From positions 3,089 through 67,088 of the forward strand of contig JAKIWS010000007.1 in assembly GCA_022749895.1 (NCBI GenBank): a DNA stretch of 64,000 bases. The letters are read 5' to 3'. Of the stretch, positions 10,355 through 19,768 are shown piece after piece. The notes beneath the pieces are model-generated. The model made no database searches and had not been told where the DNA came from. It was given only the letters and a program-made list of their open reading frames with translations. This DNA is from Thermoplasmata archaeon (GTDB lineage Archaea > Thermoplasmatota > Thermoplasmata > Lutacidiplasmatales > UBA184). Made by a program: the position numbers and the translations under genes. Each line of letters starts with the position of its first letter. The stretch's first letter is position 1.

Positions 10355-10582
10355 ATGCACCCTACCCATCCTACGTGCGAGTGGGTCGAAGTCGCTGAGG
10401 ACGACGAGCACGTCATCATCTGTGGCGAGCCCGCGAAGGGGTTCGTTACCGACGCCAACGGTACGCACCACTATGCGTGCCTCGAGCACGCGGCGTCGGT
10501 GAAGGCGCACATCGGCACCGGTGAGTGGGAGTTACTCCCGGCCCACCCCCCGGCTCGGCCCTATCCGGAATCGATGCCGTAG
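10355..10582 (+). CDS. Small Cys/His protein, paralog of 49111-49341
   Basis: HP.CEWV, CG.PA.G, AC..H, RPYPE shared with the second copy. Confidence 0.7.
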   Translation: MHPTHPTCEWVEVAEDDEHVIICGEPAKGFVTDANGTHHYACLEHAASVKAHIGTGEWELLPAHPPARPYPESMP

Positions 10583-10682
10583 GCCGACCCGGGGCGCCGG
10601 ATCCGCCATCGCCCGCGGGATGAGGAACGGTGGGGCATTCCCCCGAGGAACGGGGTCCGCCCTACTCGCATGCCAGGGGAGG

Positions 10683-10756
10683 TGCCGCGGGCCGGGCTTG
10701 AACCGGCGGCTTCAAGATCTTCAGTCTTGCACTCTCCCAAACTGAGTTACCGCGGC
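10683..10756 (-). tRNA. tRNA-Phe(GAA)
   Basis: Cloverleaf GCCGCGG...CCGCGGC-A, anticodon loop CTGAAGA, T-loop TTCAAGC; TTTATA box about 27 nt upstream. Confidence 0.95.
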
Positions 10757-10946
10757 GCCAAACGGAGCGACCCCCTCCCCGGTATAAAGTCACCGGCGGG
10801 GCCCGGCACGACGATTTCGACCCGCTCGTCGGGGCCGGGCCGTGATCCCGAACTGCGAACGCGCGCGCGCCCACGTTCTTCGGCGAGAAATGCCCTCGAC
10901 GACCCCTTGAGTTTATGTAATCCACATCGCCTTTCACGCGTTCGCC

Positions 10947-13436
10947 GTGGTGCGCAGCCTCGTCGTCACCGAGAAGTTCAACACCGCGCTCCGGATCGCC
11001 ATCGTTCTCTCCGACGGGAGGATGAAACGTTCCCGGATCGCCGGGACGAACGTCTTTCAGTTCGAGCGCCCGGACGGACCGTACGCGGTCGTGGGGCTCC
11101 GGGGCCACATCGTCGAACTCGACTACCCTAAGGAGTTCGCCAATTGGAGCCTGGAAGCGATCCCCAAGCTCATCGATACGCCCCCCGAGAAGCGCGTTAC
11201 CGAGACGGGGATCGTCGACGCGCTCAGCCGGATCGTCCGGGAGTTCGACCGCGTCGTCATCGCGACCGATTTCGACCGGGAAGGGGAGCTCATCGGCGCC
11301 GAGATCCTCGAGATCCTGCTCCGGCTGAACCCGAAGCTCGAGGTCAAGCGGGCCCATTACAGCGCCCTCACGCGCGAAGAGATCGAGAGCAGCTTCACGC
11401 ACCTGGTCGGCCTCGACCAGGCGCTCGCGGAGGCGGCGGAGTCGCGCCAGGAGATCGACCTCGTTTGGGGCGCGGTCCTGACCCGATTCCTCTCGCTGAC
11501 CGCGCAACAGCGCGGGCAGTCGTTCCTGTCCGCGGGACGGGTGCAGACCCCGACGCTGGCGCTCCTCGTCGAGCGGGACCAGGCGATCAAGGAGTTCGTC
11601 CCGGAACCGTTCTGGCAGCTCGAAGCCGACGCCGAGCACGCGGGCGAGAAGTTCCTCCTCCGCCACGCCCACGGCGTCTACCAGGATCACGCCGAGGCGG
11701 AGCGCGTCTTCGCCAAGGTGAACGGGGCCACGGAGGGCACGGTCACCGCCTTCGAAGAGAAGGAGACGAAGCGCCGGCCCCCGATCCCGTTCAACACGAC
11801 CCTGTTCGTCGCGGAGGCGACGCGCATGGGGCTCGGGGCGGCCCTGGTGATGCGGATCGGCGAGGACCTGTACACCCAGGGGTTGATCAGCTATCCCCGG
11901 ACGGACAACACGGTCTACCCGCGAGGTCTCGGGCTTCGCTCGCTCGTCGAGAAGTTCCAAGGCGGCCCGTTCGGCGAGGCGGCGGGGTTCGTGCTCCAGC
12001 AGCCGTCGTTCCATCCGACGCGCGGGCGGAGCGAGACGACCGACCATCCGCCGATCTATCCGACGCAGGCGACCGACCCCCGAAAGCTCAAGCCGGACCA
12101 CGCGCGGGTCTACGAACTGATCGTCCGCCGGTTCCTCGCGACGCTGGCCCCGGACGCCCTCGGGGTCGCCCGGGACGCGAAGGTCGAGATCCGCCACGAA
12201 CCCTTCGAGGGTCACGGCCAGCACCTGACCGACCCTGGATGGTACCGGATCTATCCTTACTCCAATCCGGAGGAGATCCCGTTCCCGGTCCTCGCCCCCG
12301 GTCAGTCGGTCGCGATCCTCGCCGTCCGTCTCGCCGAGGACAAGACCAAGCCGCCGCGCCGCTTCACGCAAGGCACGCTGATCCAGGAGATGGAACGGCT
12401 CGGGCTCGGCACGAAGAGTACCCGGCACGACGTCCTCCAGAAGCTGTTCGACCGCCGGTACGTCGTCGCGAAGTCGCTCGAACCGACGAGCACCGGCATC
12501 GCCGTCACGGAGGCCCTCAAGGCCCACGCACCGGTGATCACCCGCCCCGAGATGACCCACCGACTCGAAGAGGAGATGGAGCTCGTTGCGGAATCGAAGA
12601 AGCCGAAGAGCGAGGTGATCGCGGACTCCCGCGAGATGCTGCGCGAAGCCCACGAGCTGCTCGCGCGGAACGCGGCGGGGGTCGCGAAGACCCTGACCGG
12701 CGCGCTCGACCGGCAGCGGTTTGTGGGGCCGTGCGCGAAGTGCGGGGGCGCGCTCCGTCTTACGCGGAGCCCGCGCGGGTCGCGGTGGGTCCAGTGCGTC
12801 AATAACCCCGCGACGTGCACCGCGAGCTACCCGCTCCCGTCCGCCGGATTCATCGAACCCGCTCCCGAATTCCTGTGCGCGACGTGCCAGGTCCCGCGCG
12901 TCAAGATCGTCTTCCGCGGCCAACGGCCGCAGCTCTACTGCATCAATCCGGAGTGCGCCGTCCACCGCGCGGCGTTCCAGTTCGGCGACTGCCCGAACTG
13001 CCAATCGCCGCTCGGACTGCGCTATTCGTTCGCGGGCAAGCGATTCCTGGGGTGCACCGCGTACCCGAAGTGCACCGTCACGTACCCCCTCCCGCAACGC
13101 GGGCGGCTCGACAAGAGCGAAACTCCCTGCCCCACCTGCCATGCCCCGATCGTGACCGCCATCGAGGCGGGACGTCCTCCCTGGACGCTCTGCGTGAACC
13201 CGTCGTGCCCGGCGAAGGCGGAGGCGGCGGAGAAGAAGGCCGCCGCGAAAGTCGATGCCGCCGAGAAGAAGGCCGCCGCGACGGCGAAACCGAAAGCCAA
13301 GTCCGCCAAGAGCGCGGCGCGTCCGCGGGCGAAGAGCCCCGCGCGCCCTCAGGCGGGACGAGCCCGAACCCCCGCGGCCGGCCCGGCCGCTCCAACGCCG
13401 AGCATTCCACCCGCGACCGATGCCCCGGCCGTCTGA
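10947..13436 (+). CDS. topA: DNA topoisomerase I (type IA) with C-terminal Zn ribbons
   Basis: TOPRIM EK, ATDFDREGE, SAGRVQTPTL, ISYPRTD, GLGTKSTR. Confidence 0.95.
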   Translation: MVRSLVVTEKFNTALRIAIVLSDGRMKRSRIAGTNVFQFERPDGPYAVVGLRGHIVELDYPKEFANWSLEAIPKLIDTPPEKRVTETGIVDALSRIVREFDRVVIATDFDREGELIGAEILEILLRLNPKLEVKRAHYSALTREEIESSFTHLVGLDQALAEAAESRQEIDLVWGAVLTRFLSLTAQQRGQSFLSAGRVQTPTLALLVERDQAIKEFVPEPFWQLEADAEHAGEKFLLRHAHGVYQDHAEAERVFAKVNGATEGTVTAFEEKETKRRPPIPFNTTLFVAEATRMGLGAALVMRIGEDLYTQGLISYPRTDNTVYPRGLGLRSLVEKFQGGPFGEAAGFVLQQPSFHPTRGRSETTDHPPIYPTQATDPRKLKPDHARVYELIVRRFLATLAPDALGVARDAKVEIRHEPFEGHGQHLTDPGWYRIYPYSNPEEIPFPVLAPGQSVAILAVRLAEDKTKPPRRFTQGTLIQEMERLGLGTKSTRHDVLQKLFDRRYVVAKSLEPTSTGIAVTEALKAHAPVITRPEMTHRLEEEMELVAESKKPKSEVIADSREMLREAHELLARNAAGVAKTLTGALDRQRFVGPCAKCGGALRLTRSPRGSRWVQCVNNPATCTASYPLPSAGFIEPAPEFLCATCQVPRVKIVFRGQRPQLYCINPECAVHRAAFQFGDCPNCQSPLGLRYSFAGKRFLGCTAYPKCTVTYPLPQRGRLDKSETPCPTCHAPIVTAIEAGRPPWTLCVNPSCPAKAEAAEKKAAAKVDAAEKKAAATAKPKAKSAKSAARPRAKSPARPQAGRARTPAAGPAAPTPSIPPATDAPAV

Positions 13437-13559
13437 TCGACGGACGACGACCGGCCAAAACCTTTCGTGAGACGTTCTGGAGCTATGACGCTGCGGGCCG
13501 CCCCGAGCGTTTCCCCACCTCCGACCTCGCGTTAAATACGCTCTCCCGGTGGCAGCCTC

Positions 13560-14285
13560 GTGAATTCCACCGGTCGAGCGATCGACCGCTTGGATTCTCG
13601 CAGCTTCGAGCGGCAGCTGGCCACCGGCAAGCTGCTGATCGTCCCGGTCGGAGCGTTGGAGGCCCACGGACCTCACCTCCCGTTGGGGGCCGACGAGATC
13701 CAGGCGACGCGTACCGCAGAAGCCCTAGCGGAGGAGCTCGGTGCGCTGATCGCCCCGGCGATACCGTATGGAGCCTGCTTGGCGGCGCGGCCGTTCCCGG
13801 GGACAGCCTCCCTCTCGCTCGCGACGCTCTCGGCGCTCCTTCGCGAGGTGCTGAGCGCGTTCGTCGGCATGGGGGCGCGCCGGATCCTGGTCCTCTCCGG
13901 CCACGCCGAGCGCGGGCACATGGCCGCGCTTCGGGACGCCGCAACGGCGACCATGGACGCGCACCCGGCGGCCCGGATCGCGGTGATCTCCGACTACGAC
14001 TTCGTGTACGAGCTCCGGGGCGAGCTCGCGCCGCCGACCGACGGGCACGGGGGACTTCTCGAGACCTCCCGGCTTCTCGCGCTGGCGCCCGCAACGGTCG
14101 GCCCCGAGCGACCGAACATTACGCCGCACTTCTCCCCGCTCCTCCCGGCGCCTCCGACGACCACCGAATGGCCCGAGAGCGTGCAGGGGGACACCCGGGC
14201 GGCCTCGGCCGAGCTCGGGGCGAAGGTACAGGCCCACGTGCTGCGCCGACTTCGCGAGGTCGTCGTCGAGCTGCTGCCCGCGTAA
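13560..14285 (+). CDS. Creatininase-family amidohydrolase
   Basis: PVGALEAHGPHLPLGAD, FPGT, DGHGG..ETS. Confidence 0.85.
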   Translation: MNSTGRAIDRLDSRSFERQLATGKLLIVPVGALEAHGPHLPLGADEIQATRTAEALAEELGALIAPAIPYGACLAARPFPGTASLSLATLSALLREVLSAFVGMGARRILVLSGHAERGHMAALRDAATATMDAHPAARIAVISDYDFVYELRGELAPPTDGHGGLLETSRLLALAPATVGPERPNITPHFSPLLPAPPTTTEWPESVQGDTRAASAELGAKVQAHVLRRLREVVVELLPA

Positions 14286-14299
14286 CGGTAGGTCCGACG

Positions 14300-17143
14300 A
14301 TGGCGGTCCCCTCCAGCAGCATCCGCATCCGCGGGGCGCGCCAGCACAACCTGAAGAACCTCGACATCGACCTCCCTCGGAACCGGCTTATCGTTATCAC
14401 CGGCGTCAGCGGATCGGGCAAATCGTCGCTCGCGTTCGACACGCTCTACGCGGAGGGCCAACGGCGCTACATCGAGAGCCTGTCGTCGTACGCCCGGCAG
14501 TTCCTCGGCCAGATGGACAAGCCCGATGTCGACGGGATCGAGGGGCTCTCCCCGGCGATCGCCATCGAGCAGCGGGCCGGCAGCCGCAACCCGAGGTCGA
14601 CCGTCGGCACCGTGACGGAGATCTACGACTACCTCAGGTTGCTGTACGCCCGGATCGGAATTCCCCACTGCCCGAACGACGGGCACGAGATCGCCCCGCA
14701 ATCGGTCGACAAGGTCAGCGAGGCGGTGCGCCGGGATTCCGCCGGCGAGAAGGTCGACATCCTCGCTCCGGTCGTCCGCGGTCAGAAGGGCGAGCAGCGC
14801 GACGTGATCGACAAACTGCGCAAGCTCGGGTACCGCCGCTTCACCGTCGACGGCGTCGAGGTTCGGCTCCCGGGGACCGAGCTCCGGCTCGAGAAGAACA
14901 AGAAGCACACGATCGAGGTCGTCGTCGACTCCTTCACCGTGAGCGACGCCGAAGCGAGCCGCCTCGCGGAGGCGATCACGGTCGCGCGCGATCTCGCGGA
15001 GGGACTCGTCATCGTGCGCGGACCGAAGGGCGCCCGCGCCACGTATTCGGGGCGGCGGGCGTGCCCGGAGTGCGGGTTTTCGATGGAGGAGCTGACGCCG
15101 CGGATGTTCTCGTTCAACTCTCCGTTCGGGGCCTGTCCCGAGTGTCTCGGCATCGGCGCGACGCTGCATGCCGACCCCAACCTGATCGTCCCCGACAAAT
15201 CGAAGACGCTGAAGAAGGGGGTGGCGGTCTTCGGGCTCACCCCCGAGGACGACGCGCTCGAGCGGTTCGGGCGGATGTTCGATTTCGACCCGAAGCGGCC
15301 GATCTCGGAGCTCAACGAGAAGGGATGGAAGGCGCTGTTCTACGGCACGGAGAAGCCGCTCAGCGCGAACGCGCATTGGAACCATCACTGGTGGGGCGGC
15401 GGATGGCTCCGGGAAGGTCTCGCCACCGCCGTCGAGCGTCGCTGGAAGGCGGCGAAGAGCGACGGCCTCAAGGAGTACTACCTCGGCTTCATGACGTTCA
15501 CGCCGTGCCGCTCCTGCCACGGCAAGCGGCTTCGCCCGGCGAGCCTCGCCGTCACGGTCCTCGACCAGTCGATCGCGGACGTCGCCGCGATGACCGTCGA
15601 GAAGGGGGCGCGCCTCTTCGAGAAGCTCACGCTGACGGACCGCGACGAGCTGATCGTCGGCCAGGTCGTCCGCGAGATCCGGGCCCGGTTGGGGTTCCTC
15701 CAGAACGTGGGCCTGACGTACCTGACCCTCGACCGCGCCTCGGCCTCCCTTTCCGGGGGCGAGGCCGAACGGATCGCCCTCGCGACGCAGATCGGCTCCG
15801 GGCTCGTCGGCGTTCTCTACATCCTCGACGAGCCGTCGATCGGACTCCACCCGCGCGACCACGAGCGGCTCCTCGCGACGCTGAAGACGCTCCGCGACCT
15901 CGGCAACACGCTCCTCGTGGTCGAACACGACGAGATGACCATGCGCGCCTCCGACTGGCTGGTCGACTTGGGCCCCGGCGCGGGCGTGAAGGGCGGGGAG
16001 CTCCTCTTCGCGGGGCCGCCGGAGAAGATCGGGAGCGCCCGGCGCTCGATCACCGGCGACTACCTGACCGGCCGGCGGAGGATCGAACTTCCGGCGCAGC
16101 GTCAAGCACCGGGGGACCGTTGGCTCACCATCCACGCACCTCGGGAGAACAATCTCAAGGGCGAGACGGTGCGCCTCCCGCTCGGGACCTTGACGGCGCT
16201 CTCCGGGGTGTCGGGGAGCGGCAAATCGACGCTCCTCCAGGAGATCGTCTACAAGGCCGTCCGCCGGCATCTCGGGCTCGGGAAGGATGCGCCGGGCAAG
16301 CACGAGTACATCGACGGGATCGACCAGATCGACCGCGTCCTCCTGATCGACCAAGCGCCGATCGGCCGAACGCCCCGGAGCAATCCGGCGACGTACACGG
16401 GATTGATGACGCCGATCCGCGACCTGTACGCGGGCCTCCCGGAGGCGAAGGCGCGCGGGTTCGGACCCGGCCGGTTCAGCTTCAACGTCGAGGGCGGTCG
16501 GTGCGAGACGTGCGAGGGCGACGGCGTGATCCGGTACGAGATGCACTTTCTCCCCGACGTCTACGTCGCCTGCGAGGCCTGCGGCGGGAAGCGGTTCAAC
16601 GCGGAGACGCTCGAGGTCCGCTTCAAGGGAAAGACGATCGCCGACGTCCTCGACATGACGGTCGATGAGGCGCTCGCCTTCTTCGTGAACCACCGACGGA
16701 TCGCTTCCCGGCTCGCGCTGCTCACCGAGGTGGGGTTGGGGTACATCCGGCTCGGCCAGAGCGCGACGACCCTCTCCGGCGGCGAGGCGCAGCGGGTGAA
16801 GATCGCCTTCGAGCTCGCGAAGGTGCCGACCGGAAAGACGCTCTACCTGCTCGACGAGCCGACCACGGGGCTCCATTTCGAGGACGTGCGCCACCTGCTC
16901 GACGTGCTGTACCGCCTCCGCGCCGGCGGGAACACGGTCGTGGTGATCGAGCACAACCTCGACGTGCTGAAATGCGCCGACTGGCTGATCGACCTCGGTC
17001 CCGAGGGCGGCGATGCCGGGGGCCACGTCGTCGCCGCCGGGCCTCCGGAAGCGATCACAACGGCGAAGCGCTCCTACACCGGGAGGTTCCTCCTCCCCCT
17101 CATGGGCGCCGCGCCGATGCCCCTCCCGGTCCCCTCGCGATGA
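14300..17143 (+). CDS. uvrA: Excinuclease ABC subunit A
   Basis: GARQHNLK, two GVSGSGKS Walker A motifs, LSGGEA, Zn fingers. Confidence 0.97.
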   Translation: MAVPSSSIRIRGARQHNLKNLDIDLPRNRLIVITGVSGSGKSSLAFDTLYAEGQRRYIESLSSYARQFLGQMDKPDVDGIEGLSPAIAIEQRAGSRNPRSTVGTVTEIYDYLRLLYARIGIPHCPNDGHEIAPQSVDKVSEAVRRDSAGEKVDILAPVVRGQKGEQRDVIDKLRKLGYRRFTVDGVEVRLPGTELRLEKNKKHTIEVVVDSFTVSDAEASRLAEAITVARDLAEGLVIVRGPKGARATYSGRRACPECGFSMEELTPRMFSFNSPFGACPECLGIGATLHADPNLIVPDKSKTLKKGVAVFGLTPEDDALERFGRMFDFDPKRPISELNEKGWKALFYGTEKPLSANAHWNHHWWGGGWLREGLATAVERRWKAAKSDGLKEYYLGFMTFTPCRSCHGKRLRPASLAVTVLDQSIADVAAMTVEKGARLFEKLTLTDRDELIVGQVVREIRARLGFLQNVGLTYLTLDRASASLSGGEAERIALATQIGSGLVGVLYILDEPSIGLHPRDHERLLATLKTLRDLGNTLLVVEHDEMTMRASDWLVDLGPGAGVKGGELLFAGPPEKIGSARRSITGDYLTGRRRIELPAQRQAPGDRWLTIHAPRENNLKGETVRLPLGTLTALSGVSGSGKSTLLQEIVYKAVRRHLGLGKDAPGKHEYIDGIDQIDRVLLIDQAPIGRTPRSNPATYTGLMTPIRDLYAGLPEAKARGFGPGRFSFNVEGGRCETCEGDGVIRYEMHFLPDVYVACEACGGKRFNAETLEVRFKGKTIADVLDMTVDEALAFFVNHRRIASRLALLTEVGLGYIRLGQSATTLSGGEAQRVKIAFELAKVPTGKTLYLLDEPTTGLHFEDVRHLLDVLYRLRAGGNTVVVIEHNLDVLKCADWLIDLGPEGGDAGGHVVAAGPPEAITTAKRSYTGRFLLPLMGAAPMPLPVPSR

Positions 17144-18897
17144 CCGACCCCGTTCCGGCGCTCCCGGGGTTCGTCCCGGCGAGCCAGCTGGGGGCGGCCG
17201 CGGGCGACGGCTTCCGGCGGGGGCCGAACGTCGCCGGCGTCTACCTGTTCCGGTCGGCGCGGGGCGAGGTCGTCTACGTGGGCAAGGCGCGCAGCCTCCG
17301 GCACCGGGTCCTGGACCACCTGAACGCCCGCATCGAGAAGGATGGGACGATCCTGGCCGACAGCGCGACCGTCGAGTTCGTTCCCACGACGACCGAGCGC
17401 GAGGCGCTGTTGCTCGAAGCGAACCTGATCAAGCAGTACCAGCCCCGGCACAACGCGCTCCTCAAGGACGACCGGAGCTTCCCGTACCTGGCGGTCACCG
17501 AGGACGAAACGTTTCCGCGCATCCTCCTCGTGCGCCGGCCGAGGAAAGGCTCGGCCAGCACGCTCGTCGGCCCGTACACGAGCGCGCGCGAGGCCCGGAG
17601 CGTCGCCCGCCTCCTCTCGGAAGCGTTCCAGCTCCGCCGGTGCATCCGGCTCCCGAAGCGTGCGTGCCTCTACTACTACCTCAACACGTGCAGCGCGCCG
17701 TGCATCGGTGCGATCGGCGCCGCGGCGTACCGCGCGAGGACCGACCAGGCCCTCCAGATGCTGCGCGGGCACGGAGCGAGCGTGCGCCCCGCGCTCGAGA
17801 AGGAGATGCACGAGGCGGCGGAACGTCGGGAGTTCGAACGGGCCGCGTTGCTGCGCGACACGATGGCGGGGTTCGCCGCGCTCAAGCAGCCCCAGCACGT
17901 GGTCGGCCGCGGGCGCGGTCGGGTCGACGTCGTCGCGCTCGCGTTCCCCACCGATGCGAGCACGCTGCGCGTCGCGGTCGGCCTCCTCCGCGTGGAGGAC
18001 GGCGAGGTGCGTCGCACCGAGCCGCACCTCCTCGCCATCCCCGCGGACGACCTCCCCGACGCGGGGGAGCTCCTCCGCCAGTTCCTCGTCCAGTACTACG
18101 CCCCTCTGATCGACCGGCCCGAGCGGATCTATGTCCACGGGGCCCGACCGCCGGGGATCGACGAGACCGTCGACTGGCTCGAGGGGGAGCAGGGCATCGA
18201 GGTCCGCTTCCGCCCCACCGGCCAAGCCGCCTCGTGGGGTCGTCTCGCCGAGCGCCTCGCCCGGGCGCACGTCGAACAGGTCGTGGTCCGGAAGCCCCCG
18301 CGCGAGGTCCTGATCGCGCTCCAGAACCTGCTGCAGCTTCCGACGATCCCGAACCGGATCGAGGGCGTCGACATCTCGCTGTTCCAGGGCGCGGAGGCGG
18401 TCGGCTCGGTCGTCGTCTTCCAAGGGGGCGTGCCGGACAAGGACGAGTACCGGCGCTTCCGCATCCGGACGGTCGAGGGGACGAACGACTTCGCGATGAT
18501 CGCGGAGGTCGTCCGGCGACGATACTTCCGGCGGTTGAGCGAGCAGGAGATCCTCCCCGACCTCCTCCTGATCGATGGCGGCCGGGGTCAGGTCGCCGCG
18601 GCGATGGCGTCGCTCACGGAGCTCGGGTTGGCCGACCAGATCCCCGTCGTCGGACTCGCGAAGCGGGAAGAGGAGCTCTACCTCCCCGACGCGGCCGAAC
18701 CCCGCACGCCGAACAAGAACGCGCCTCCGATGCTGCTGCTCCGCGCCGTCCGGGACGAAGCGCACCGATTCGCCGTGACGTACCACCGGACCCGAAGGCG
18801 GATCCGCCTCCGGGAGGAGGTCGACGAGGTCGTCGCGCGCGACCGGGCGAGGGCGTCTACTTCGCCGCCGAGCCCTTCCGCTCGGCCGGCCCGATGA
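17140..18897 (+). CDS. uvrC: Excinuclease ABC subunit C, lacking C-terminal HhH
   Basis: GVY..YVGKA GIY-YIG, IEGVDIS, DLLLIDGG, RDEAHRFA. Confidence 0.92.
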   Translation: MTDPVPALPGFVPASQLGAAAGDGFRRGPNVAGVYLFRSARGEVVYVGKARSLRHRVLDHLNARIEKDGTILADSATVEFVPTTTEREALLLEANLIKQYQPRHNALLKDDRSFPYLAVTEDETFPRILLVRRPRKGSASTLVGPYTSAREARSVARLLSEAFQLRRCIRLPKRACLYYYLNTCSAPCIGAIGAAAYRARTDQALQMLRGHGASVRPALEKEMHEAAERREFERAALLRDTMAGFAALKQPQHVVGRGRGRVDVVALAFPTDASTLRVAVGLLRVEDGEVRRTEPHLLAIPADDLPDAGELLRQFLVQYYAPLIDRPERIYVHGARPPGIDETVDWLEGEQGIEVRFRPTGQAASWGRLAERLARAHVEQVVVRKPPREVLIALQNLLQLPTIPNRIEGVDISLFQGAEAVGSVVVFQGGVPDKDEYRRFRIRTVEGTNDFAMIAEVVRRRYFRRLSEQEILPDLLLIDGGRGQVAAAMASLTELGLADQIPVVGLAKREEELYLPDAAEPRTPNKNAPPMLLLRAVRDEAHRFAVTYHRTRRRIRLREEVDEVVARDRARASTSPPSPSARPAR

Positions 18898-19618
18898 ACG
18901 CGAGTCCCGTGACGCGCCGGGTGACTTCGGCCGCGGTGAGGTGACGGAGCTCCTTGTCGGGCTCCAGGATCGCCACGTCGAGCGCCTCGGCCGGGAAGGG
19001 GGTGGGCGAGCCTTCCGCGACGGCGTTGACCGCGAGCTTGAAGGCGGTCTCCTCGGTCCGGCTCTCGCCGATCTTCTCTTCGAGGTAGTCGGCGACCGCG
19101 CGGCGGTTCCGCCCGATCGCGTAGGCGCGCCAGCCGATCGTCGCGCCGCTCGGGTCGAGCTCGACGAGCCCCGGTGCGCCATCGGCGAAGCCGCCCAGGA
19201 GGAGCGAGACCGCGAACGGTCGTGTCCCGCCGAACTGCGTGAACTGTTGGAGGAGCGCGCCGAGCGAGTGGCCGAGGAGTCCGTACGGGGCGGGCTCTCC
19301 GTAGAGGATCCGGTGGCGCTGGGCTTCCACGCGCAGGAATTCGACGAGCACCCGGGAATCGGCGATGAGGCCGGCCGTGACGCACCCGAGACCTAGGTCG
19401 AGGGCGAAGGTCTTCTCGATCGATCCGGCCTCGGCGAGGCTGCTGACCGGCAGGTTGCGGTACGCGACGAAGACGATGCCGCCCTCGTACGTGACGGCGA
19501 CCGCCGTCCCGCCCATCTGGATCGCCTGGAGGGCGTACTCGACCTGGAAAAGGCGCCCATCGGGGGAGAAGACGGTGCTCGCTCGGTCGTATGCCATCTG
19601 GCCCGGCTGCATCTCCAT
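18857..19618 (-). CDS. psmA: Proteasome alpha-type subunit (divergent)
   Basis: YDRASTVFSPDGRLFQVEYA, TQFGGTRPFAVSLL, DPSG, AIG. Confidence 0.8.
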   Translation of the reverse strand: MEMQPGQMAYDRASTVFSPDGRLFQVEYALQAIQMGGTAVAVTYEGGIVFVAYRNLPVSSLAEAGSIEKTFALDLGLGCVTAGLIADSRVLVEFLRVEAQRHRILYGEPAPYGLLGHSLGALLQQFTQFGGTRPFAVSLLLGGFADGAPGLVELDPSGATIGWRAYAIGRNRRAVADYLEEKIGESRTEETAFKLAVNAVAEGSPTPFPAEALDVAILEPDKELRHLTAAEVTRRVTGLAFIGPAERKGSAAK

Positions 19619-19768
19619 CGAAATTGACTCCCTGGAATCGGGCGGCCCAGCAAGGTAGGGGATTTAGCGGCACCGCCCGGCCGGCCGTCGGAGCCAGTTG
19701 GTTACCGAACGCCACGGGGACGGACGCACCGCGCCAAACTCTTACCCGCGACCGGCTCCGCTCCGTGG

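Noticed and set aside
13200-13436. AEKKAAA repeats in the TopA tail
   Set aside because: Lys/Ala-rich low-complexity tails are known in TopA of high-GC organisms.
10662-19182. Very long antisense or alternative-frame ORFs (1004, 1010, 702 aa) and the 1442-aa extension of uvrA
   Set aside because: Shadow ORFs of topA, uvrA and uvrC caused by high GC; no motifs; the true uvrA start is ATG 14300.
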